From Gemmatimonadaceae bacterium (GTDB lineage: Bacteria; Gemmatimonadota; Gemmatimonadetes; Gemmatimonadales; Gemmatimonadaceae), in the NCBI GenBank assembly GCA_044224875.1, contig JBGAJQ010000038.1, positions 1-50,462 of the forward strand: a stretch of DNA of 50,462 nt. The letters run 5' to 3'. A program made the position numbers and the translations under genes. This document shows positions 19,405 through 26,562 of this stretch, piece by piece. Position 1 is the stretch's first letter. Each line of letters opens with the position of its first letter. A model generated the notes under the pieces. The model made no database searches and was not told the DNA's origin. It was given only the letters and a program-made list of their open reading frames with translations.

Positions 19405-22400
19405 TTAACGGGTACGGGCCGACTCCATGAGCCATGCGGCCAGTTCGCGGAGTGTGGCGTCGGCGGCGGTGCGTACCGCGGCCGTGGGTGCGCGATCCGC
19501 ATCTTCAACCATTCCCATCAGTTGCGCCAGACGCCCGGTCAGTCGCTCCAGCGACGGTCCCCTCGCGCCCTCCTCCCCGCCGAGGAGCATGGCGATGGTC
19601 TTGACCTTCGCGCTGTCTCCCGCTGCGCCAGCCGTCAGTTGTATCTGACGGAGGCGAGCGTTCTCAGATGCGACGCGATTCAGCCCTTCGAAGAGCTGAA
19701 TCGAGAGTGCGTGCTGGGCGGCGATGTCGGCTGCCGTACTCTTCACGCGCGGGTCCATTCGCACGCGAAGTGGCTGTGTGAGGACGACGCCGTCGACAGT
19801 GAGACGAACCGTGTAGTTGCCGGGAGCGGTCCACGGGCCTAACGGCTCAGGCACCGTCTGCCCTGGAATGGCACTGATCGGGTAGGAGAACGACACACCC
19901 TGCGGTCGTTCGTGGTGCATGTCCCACGCAAAGCGGTGCAGTCCGGCACTCGTCTCGAGGTTCGGCGACGGTCGAATCCAGTAGTCCGGCCAGTTCCCTT
20001 GGTCGCGCGGGTCCGGGTCCGCATTGACCCCTTGGTGGTATGACCGTACGACTCGTCCCATGCCGTCGAGAATCTCGAGGCGAAGCTCGCGGGCGTCTGT
20101 GGGCAAGTAATAGTGGAGCAGGGCCCCGTCGGGGGGATTGAGACGTCTCGGCTCGTCTGGCGGGATCGGCGTGTCCGTGTACATGCTGTACCGAACGCGG
20201 GTGGCCAGCTGGGGACGCAACAACGCGGAGCGTCCAGCCGCAACGACCGCCGCCAATTGTCGCAGCGGCGTAATGTCATCCAGGATCCAAAATCCTCGGC
20301 CGTGCGTCCCAACGACGAGGTCATCGTCCTTGATCACCAGGTCGCGGATGGACGTCGCCGGCATGTTGTTGCGCAGTGACTGCCAGTGCCCGCCGTTGTC
20401 GAATGACACCCAGACTTGCGTCTCCGAGCCGGCGAAGAGGAGCCCACGTTGCTTGGGGTCCTCGCGCACCGCATTGATGGTGGCGCCGGAGTCGATGCCC
20501 GTCACAATCTCCGTCCACGACTTCCCACCATCGGTCGTGCGTAGGATGTGCGGGCGAAGGTCATCCAGTCGCAGCGTGTTGATTGCCGCGAACGCCATCA
20601 GCGTGTCGAAGTGGGATGGATCGAGGATGGACACCTTGGCCCACGGCGTCAACGATGGCGGTGTCACGTTGGTCCAGCGGCGACCGCCGTCGCGCGTCAC
20701 ATGGATGAGTCCATCATCGGTGCCAGCCCAGATAATGGATTCCTTGATGTATGACGGGCCAAGGGCATAGATGACGCCGGGGTGTCGCGCCTTCGCGGTG
20801 GGCCACGAGGAGTACTTTCCGACGTTAGGCGGGACAACGGAATCTCGCCGTGTGAGATCGGGTGATATCTCCTGCCAGTGATTTCCCCCATCGCGGGTTT
20901 GCCAGACGGTGTTCCCTGCGTAATAGAGTGTCCGCGGATTCGTCGGCGCAAAAAGCACGGGTGCAGTGCGCAGTGCGCGATAGTTCGCATCGCGGAACGC
21001 CTTGGGAGCGACGTTCTGCGTCTGGCCGGTACGTCGGTCGTATCGTGTGACCTTGCCCCCATAGATGATGTCCGGATTCAACGGATCGGGAGCGACGTAG
21101 CCATACTCCTCGACGCCTACGGGGCGCCACTCGCGGAACGTGAGCTGCCCGTCGTTGCCGCGGCTGTCAACGCACGCGGAACCACTCTCCTGCTGGCCGC
21201 CACATACGCGATACGGCCAACTGTTGTCCGTTGACACGTGGTAGAATTGTGCCGTCGGCTGATTGTACCAACTGGACCAGCTGTCCCCGCCATTCACAGT
21301 GATGATCGCGCCTTGGTCGCTGGCGATCATGAGGATCTCGGGATTCGACGGGTTGATCCAGATGCGATGGTAATCATCGCCGCCAGGGGCACCGACCAGC
21401 ATCTTGAACGTGCGACCCCCGTCGGTGGACTTCCAGGAGACGATGCTGGCGGTGTAGACGATGTCCGCGTTGCGAGGATCGACGCGCACCTCGGCAAAGT
21501 CCGAAGCGCGGGTGTTGATGCGCGGGTCGTCCGTCATCTTGCGCCACGAGGCGCCGGCGTCGTCGCTGCGGTAGATCGCGTTGGTGCGGATCTGGTCCAC
21601 CGACAGGTACAACCTTCGTGGCTCCGAGGGTGATACGGCGATCCCGATGCGCCCAAGTCCCTGCTCGTAGGTCGGCAAGCCGTTGGTCAGGGGTTGCCAC
21701 GAGGCACCGCCATCTACCGACTTGAACAGGCCGCTGTTGGGGCCTTGCCACTGCCCATTCTCCCATGGACCCTGACGCGACTCCCAGAGTGCCGCGTACA
21801 CGGTATTGGGATCGTCGGGCGCCAGGATGACGTCGATGGCGCCCGTATTCTCATCGCGATAAAGCACGCGCTCGAACGACTGTCCGCCATCGGTGCTTCG
21901 ATAAATGCCGCGTTCCGGATTTGGGCCGTACGGGTGCCCGAGCACCGCGACAAAAATGCGGTTGGGGTCGCGCGGGTCCACGGCGATCTGTGGGATCTGC
22001 TGGCCGTTTCGCAACCCGAGGTGGGTCCACGTCCTCCCTCCGTCGCCGCTGCGATAGATCCCATCACCGGTGGACAGATCCGGACGTTGCAGCCCCTCTC
22101 CACTGCCGACGTAGATGACGTTCGGATCAGACGGAGCGACCGCAATCGCACCGATCGAGCCCGTGCCGGCACCATCCATGATCGGCAGCCAGGTGCGGCC
22201 GTAGTCGGTGGTCTTCCAAACACCCCCGTTCACCGCCCCGATGTAGAAGACGTTAGGCTGTTGCGGCACTCCAGTGGCCGCCTTGGTACGTCCGGCGCGG
22301 TAGGGACCGATGTCGCGCCACGACATTTCTCGAAAGAGCGACGGCGAAAGCTGTTGAGCGCCTGCCGCTGCCGCGCACATGGTCAGGCCAAGTGCGAGGG

Positions 22401-22458
22401 CGGTCGATGACCGGCGACGTACGAGAGATATTGGAAGAAGCACGGGTAGGCTCCACAA
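19405..22458 (-). CDS. Secreted VPS10/sortilin-like BNR-repeat glycosyl hydrolase-like protein
   Basis: WRDIGPYRAGR and many Asp-box repeats (S/T.DGG.TW), GDDYH; start uncertain. Confidence 0.88.
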   Translation of the reverse strand: MWSLPVLLPISLVRRRSSTALALGLTMCAAAAGAQQLSPSLFREMSWRDIGPYRAGRTKAATGVPQQPNVFYIGAVNGGVWKTTDYGRTWLPIMDGAGTGSIGAIAVAPSDPNVIYVGSGEGLQRPDLSTGDGIYRSGDGGRTWTHLGLRNGQQIPQIAVDPRDPNRIFVAVLGHPYGPNPERGIYRSTDGGQSFERVLYRDENTGAIDVILAPDDPNTVYAALWESRQGPWENGQWQGPNSGLFKSVDGGASWQPLTNGLPTYEQGLGRIGIAVSPSEPRRLYLSVDQIRTNAIYRSDDAGASWRKMTDDPRINTRASDFAEVRVDPRNADIVYTASIVSWKSTDGGRTFKMLVGAPGGDDYHRIWINPSNPEILMIASDQGAIITVNGGDSWSSWYNQPTAQFYHVSTDNSWPYRVCGGQQESGSACVDSRGNDGQLTFREWRPVGVEEYGYVAPDPLNPDIIYGGKVTRYDRRTGQTQNVAPKAFRDANYRALRTAPVLFAPTNPRTLYYAGNTVWQTRDGGNHWQEISPDLTRRDSVVPPNVGKYSSWPTAKARHPGVIYALGPSYIKESIIWAGTDDGLIHVTRDGGRRWTNVTPPSLTPWAKVSILDPSHFDTLMAFAAINTLRLDDLRPHILRTTDGGKSWTEIVTGIDSGATINAVREDPKQRGLLFAGSETQVWVSFDNGGHWQSLRNNMPATSIRDLVIKDDDLVVGTHGRGFWILDDITPLRQLAAVVAAGRSALLRPQLATRVRYSMYTDTPIPPDEPRRLNPPDGALLHYYLPTDARELRLEILDGMGRVVRSYHQGVNADPDPRDQGNWPDYWIRPSPNLETSAGLHRFAWDMHHERPQGVSFSYPISAIPGQTVPEPLGPWTAPGNYTVRLTVDGVVLTQPLRVRMDPRVKSTAADIAAQHALSIQLFEGLNRVASENARLRQIQLTAGAAGDSAKVKTIAMLLGGEEGARGPSLERLTGRLAQLMGMVEDADRAPTAAVRTAADATLRELAAWLMESARTR

Positions 22459-22548
22459 AACGTTCGGGCGGTCGCGTGTGCGAGATTGTACGAGAATCTG
22501 CCGTTCGACGATCGAATCGTCTACGCTGCCGGCAGACCAGCGGCGACC

Positions 22549-23085
22549 CTACGTCTCTGTCGCCTGCAGGGCAGCGCTCACACCCAGGGTCAGCGCACCC
22601 AACCACCCGAGCCATGCGCCGATATGCCACCGGCTGAGGGACGTCCCCTCCAGCGCCGCCAAACCGCGGGGAGCGTCGTACCACATCACGAGCACCGCAA
22701 TCAACACGGCAAGCGCCGTAACGGCGGTGAGACCGGTTCGCACGCCTCGGCGTCGCGGAACCCTCAAGAAAACGAGAAAGAGGCAGCCGATCGCGGCCCA
22801 CAAGGCCACGAACAATAGCGGGTAGGCCCACCTGACTCGGCCAAACGATCCCTCATTCGACGAGGCACCGCACAAGACGGTGTTCCCATGCGTGGGCCAC
22901 CAGCGGCAGTCCGTCACGCCCGAAGGAGTGTGGCGAGCGACTCCTGACGCCGTCAGTTGCACCGTTGCGCCGTCGGGCGTCGAAAAAGTTGCCCACGGCG
23001 AGGTTGCGGCGCGCTGCAAGGCGAACGCCGCGACCACCAGCAGCACCGCAGCGATGGCCCGACGTTGTGAGGTCAGAGGCGTCAC
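22549..23085 (-). CDS. Hypothetical integral membrane protein
   Basis: About four hydrophobic helices and a Cys pair in an extracytoplasmic loop; packed 7 bp after the upstream gene. Confidence 0.65.
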   Translation of the reverse strand: MTPLTSQRRAIAAVLLVVAAFALQRAATSPWATFSTPDGATVQLTASGVARHTPSGVTDCRWWPTHGNTVLCGASSNEGSFGRVRWAYPLLFVALWAAIGCLFLVFLRVPRRRGVRTGLTAVTALAVLIAVLVMWYDAPRGLAALEGTSLSRWHIGAWLGWLGALTLGVSAALQATET

Positions 23086-23092
23086 GGGTGGT

Positions 23093-23677
23093 TTACGGAG
23101 CGGGACGTGCCAGTGCTTCGTCGACCGCCCGCTGCAACTTCTCCTCGATCCATCCCGTGCTCTGGCAGGCGTTGTGTTCGGCCACGGTCCCGCCCGGCGT
23201 CTGGGACCCGGCGGCCACCGCGAGCTTCAACTCGGAGGCGACCTCCGACACCGGTCGGATGGTTGCCAGGATGGCCAGGTGCACGCGGTCGAAGTCCGCC
23301 CGTTCCCCCCGTCCCCCCGCGGCCGTACCGCAGTCCACCGCGCGCGACAGGCGCGCGCCCATGAACATGCGGACGACCTGCAGCTTCAACCCCCCGATGG
23401 CCAGGGACGCGGAATCCCGGACGTCCAACGCGATCTGGTACTTCTCGAACGCGCGGGCGACCGCGGTAAACACCCGCCCAGCCGGCGCCGCGACTGGTTT
23501 TGCGACGCCGATCGTGTCGAGTTGTTGGGGTGAGCGATAGCCGGGGAGAATGACGGTGGCTGACGTCTGGGCCCCGCCGGTTGAACTGACGACCGCGATG
23601 GCGGCGGTGGCCACTGCGGCGCGAATGGCCGGCCGTAGCTGGCGTCGAGTGCCCGTGGTTCCGGCGAAAGGCGACAT
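23093..23677 (-). CDS. Hypothetical secreted protein
   Basis: Signal-like N-terminus; LSRAVDCG and CQSTG..E motifs suggest a disulfide; globular composition. Confidence 0.7.
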   Translation of the reverse strand: MSPFAGTTGTRRQLRPAIRAAVATAAIAVVSSTGGAQTSATVILPGYRSPQQLDTIGVAKPVAAPAGRVFTAVARAFEKYQIALDVRDSASLAIGGLKLQVVRMFMGARLSRAVDCGTAAGGRGERADFDRVHLAILATIRPVSEVASELKLAVAAGSQTPGGTVAEHNACQSTGWIEEKLQRAVDEALARPAP

Positions 23678-23767
23678 GAGGATCCCTCAATATGAAAGTG
23701 CGACGACGGGTCGGTTGAACACTCGACCGGTAAACGGTCGCTTCAACCGCCCCTTCGTCGCACAACG

Positions 23768-23796
23768 GCCGAGACGGACGGTTCGTCCGTCTCGGC
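23768..23796 (-). terminator. Perfect 13-bp stem-loop downstream of the small HTH gene
   Basis: GCCGAGACGGACG-GTT-CGTCCGTCTCGGC, 9 nt after the stop codon. Confidence 0.7.
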
Positions 23797-23805
23797 GCAA
23801 CTTCA

Positions 23806-24060
23806 CTACTTGACGTGACGGAACGTCTTGCGGCGGAGTGCCAGGGACATCGTGGACTTGTTCACGCCGTACTTGTCGGCGAGTTCCGTGACGCTGGCGC
23901 CCTTCTTGTGCGCCTGACGGGCCTTGACGACAATCTTCTCCGTCAGCTTCGACGCGAAGTTGTCACTGCCCTTCCGGTGGGCGGCGCCACCGTACTTGCG
24001 GGGCTGACGGGTGCTCGAGAACTGCGTGCGAGCCTTCTTGGCAGGGCGGCGTGCTGGCAT
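23806..24060 (-). CDS. Small basic helix-turn-helix DNA-binding protein (possible nucleoid-associated protein)
   Basis: 84 aa with 23 K/R and 4 D/E; GSDNFASKLT...SVTELADKYGVNKSTMSLALRRKTFRHV resembles the C-terminal HTH of phage HNH endonucleases; own terminator. Confidence 0.8.
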   Translation of the reverse strand: MPARRPAKKARTQFSSTRQPRKYGGAAHRKGSDNFASKLTEKIVVKARQAHKKGASVTELADKYGVNKSTMSLALRRKTFRHVK

Positions 24061-24476
24061 CGTCGGGATTGTTGAGGGGAAAGGTTGGAAACACAGCTAT
24101 CGGCAAACCTACGTGCGACTACCCAAAATAGTTCGAATCCGGAGCTGTTGCAGGCGAACAGTCTTGCAACCGACGGCTCGGCGACGAGTTGCAAGATAGT
24201 GGGTGTACGCGGACCTGTGGGCGAGCGCTGAAAAAAAAATCCGCAGGAAGGTCAAGACTGTTGGACCCGCGCCACTGTCGCAGGTGGCGGGAACCGCCCC
24301 GCGTCCGGCCTGGCGGCGACCCCCGGTCCCCGGACTGGTGTAGCTGGCGAGGGGGAGCCCCCCGTTCGGGGGCGCATCAGGGCTCCTCCGCTCACCGGGG
24401 GTGCCAGCCTCGGGCGCTACCTGACGGACCGCCCCCCACGGGCCCTCCGCATTCGTCCCACCGCTATCTTGCCCAG

Positions 24477-24941
24477 GTGAAGAAGCCTGTCACCGCTGCA
24501 CGGCCTTTCGAGCTCCGAGCGTCCGCTATTCACGGGATCGGCGCCTTCGCCACCCAGCACATCCCCGCCGGTGTCCGACTCATTGAGTATGCGGGTGAAC
24601 GGCTGACGCCCGCCCAGGCAGACGAGCGATACCCGGACATTCCCGGTCAGCCGCATCACACCTTCCTGTTCGCCGTCGATGACGATCTGGTCGTGGATGC
24701 GGCGGTCGACGGCAACGAGGCTCGCTTCATCAACCACGCCTGTGATCCGAACTGCGACGCCGTGATCGAGGATGGCCGGATCTGGATCGAGTCCATCCGC
24801 GACATCGCCCCAGGTGAGGAGCTGGCCTACGACTACTGTTACATCCTCCCCGAGAGGCACACCCCGGCAGCAAAACGACGCTACCCGTGTCATTGCGGGG
24901 CTTCCTCGTGCCGAGGCACGATACTCGGCAAGAAACGGTAG
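24477..24941 (+). CDS. SET-domain protein-lysine methyltransferase with post-SET Zn cluster
   Basis: IHGIGAFA, EYAGE, ARFINHACDPN, GEELAYDY, CHCGASSCRG; GTG start 6 nt after TATCTT. Confidence 0.92.
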   Translation: MKKPVTAARPFELRASAIHGIGAFATQHIPAGVRLIEYAGERLTPAQADERYPDIPGQPHHTFLFAVDDDLVVDAAVDGNEARFINHACDPNCDAVIEDGRIWIESIRDIAPGEELAYDYCYILPERHTPAAKRRYPCHCGASSCRGTILGKKR

Positions 24942-25001
24942 GTCAGGCGCAACAGAAATGTTGCGGTGGGCGCCCGTTCGCTGGGGAGCCCACTGTCTGC
25001 G

Positions 25002-25565
25002 CTAGGTCGGGACCTTCAGCCTTCCTGCCACAAGATTCAGGTGGTGCGCGGTATGGTAGACCGTGAACATCGCCATCTCGCGCGCCGTCAGTTTCCCCAG
25101 GAGCGGGTGGGGGAGCGTAGCCTGGTCCAGCTGCATCCCGCGCCACCCGCTCCAGGACGAGGTCACGAACTCGTTCACCGACAACCATTGTCCAAGGATC
25201 TCCCGTCGGCGCGCCCCCGGATCGCCGGGGATGCCCTCCGGCCTTGGTGCGAAGCGCCCAGCCTGACCGCCGGCCGCCAGGGCCAGCGTGTAGTCGGCGC
25301 GCAATTTCACGAACGTGCGCGAAGCGCTCGTCGCGGACCCAAAGACCAGCCGCACCAACCAGAAGGGCAGCCGATAGGCCCTCGTGAGCGGGCGAGACGA
25401 CTTGGTCAGGTGGCGAATGTGTTCAGCCGGAGACCATCGGTCGCCCTGCGGAGTGAAGAACTCGCTCGGCGACACCCCCTCCAACAACGCGGTGCCTTCT
25501 CTCGTCAGGCGCAACAAAGTCCGAGAGAGGTCGGCGATGGCGTACGGCTCGCCAGGTTCAAACAC
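25002..25565 (-). CDS. DinB/YfiT-like four-helix bundle protein
   Basis: WSPAEHIRHL and LPHPLLGKLT.REM...HTAHH motifs. Confidence 0.85.
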   Translation of the reverse strand: MFEPGEPYAIADLSRTLLRLTREGTALLEGVSPSEFFTPQGDRWSPAEHIRHLTKSSRPLTRAYRLPFWLVRLVFGSATSASRTFVKLRADYTLALAAGGQAGRFAPRPEGIPGDPGARRREILGQWLSVNEFVTSSWSGWRGMQLDQATLPHPLLGKLTAREMAMFTVYHTAHHLNLVAGRLKVPT

Positions 25566-25661
25566 GTTAAGCGAAGGTCCGAGAATAGTGGGGGGTCGGT
25601 TGTGCGAGTCGAAGTTGATGTAACGGCTGGTACTCCAGGAAACAACATCTCGGGCTGACCT

Positions 25662-26237
25662 TCACCGGCGGCCTCGATTGTCGGCGGACGCCGCAAGATC
25701 AGTTGGTCGCCGCATGCGCACGAAGCGGATAGCCGTGCCGTCAGGAAGCACGTCCTCGACCCCTGCCTCCTGCTCGAATCCGCGCGCCTCGTACATCGGC
25801 ACCCCAGGAAGCGTCGCCATGAGTTCAAGCTGTCGGAATCCGGCCACACGGGCCGCCGCGATGCACTGCTCGAGGATAGCCGTCCCCACGCCGCAGCGCG
25901 CGAAGTCGGGTGCCACGAAGAAGGCTCGGATTCGGGCCGCATCCTTGGACGGGTCCAATCGTTCGGGCGCGCCCACTCGGCGTTGGTCGCCGCCATACAG
26001 GGTCCTTCGCTGGCTCCACCCCCCACACCCAATCACCCGGCCCCCAACCTCGGCGACGAAATACGACTGGTCGTCCAGGAGCGTCGAATCCACACCAAAC
26101 ACGTATCGAATCGCCGACTCGATCTGGAGCTCCGAGTAGTAGCCGGCACTGAGCTTTCGCGCCGATTCCGCAATCAGTGTGTTCAACGCCGGTATGTCGC
26201 TCTGTGTCGCCAGACGCAACGTGTACGCCGTCGTCAT
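25662..26237 (-). CDS. GNAT family N-acetyltransferase
   Basis: IGCGGWS, ARIRAFFVAPDFARCGVG (acetyl-CoA motif A), ATLPGVPMY; start at MTTAY. Confidence 0.9.
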   Translation of the reverse strand: MTTAYTLRLATQSDIPALNTLIAESARKLSAGYYSELQIESAIRYVFGVDSTLLDDQSYFVAEVGGRVIGCGGWSQRRTLYGGDQRRVGAPERLDPSKDAARIRAFFVAPDFARCGVGTAILEQCIAAARVAGFRQLELMATLPGVPMYEARGFEQEAGVEDVLPDGTAIRFVRMRRPTDLAASADNRGRR

Positions 26238-26271
26238 GGAGTGCCGGACCGGATTGGCGGCCGCTTCGAGG

Positions 26272-26391
26272 TCACGGACCCTCACCGATCGCGGCGTCGA
26301 CCAGGAAGGCGCCTCGCCTACCGAGTTCCTCTGCCAGCGCCGCGCCAATTCCACTGCTGGCGCCGGTGACCACCACGACCCTCGGTTCCAT
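26272..26391 (-). pseudogene. N-terminal remnant of a short-chain dehydrogenase/reductase
   Basis: MEPRVVVVTGASSGIGAALAEELGRRGA (TGxxxGIG Rossmann motif) with AAGGA upstream; stops after 39 codons. Confidence 0.75.
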
Positions 26392-26562
26392 TTCCTTCTC
26401 CTGGTGTAGACGCAACGACCCGAGTCGCGAGAGACCCGCGACGGTGGCCGGGTGGTTGTCGTTCATCGCCCGCGCATCAACTTACGTTCGACGCGGCCAA
26501 CTCGCCCGACCGGCCTGGGCAATCCTCACTACGGCACTCGCGCAGATAACGACGAACTCGGC

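Noticed and set aside
24241..24427. SRP RNA, 6S RNA or a known riboswitch
   Set aside because: No SRP domain IV motif or riboswitch consensus was recognisable; kept only as an unassigned structure.
24189..24476. N-terminal extension of the SET ORF
   Set aside because: Pro/Arg/Gly-rich translation of structured intergenic DNA; the domain begins after GTG 24477.
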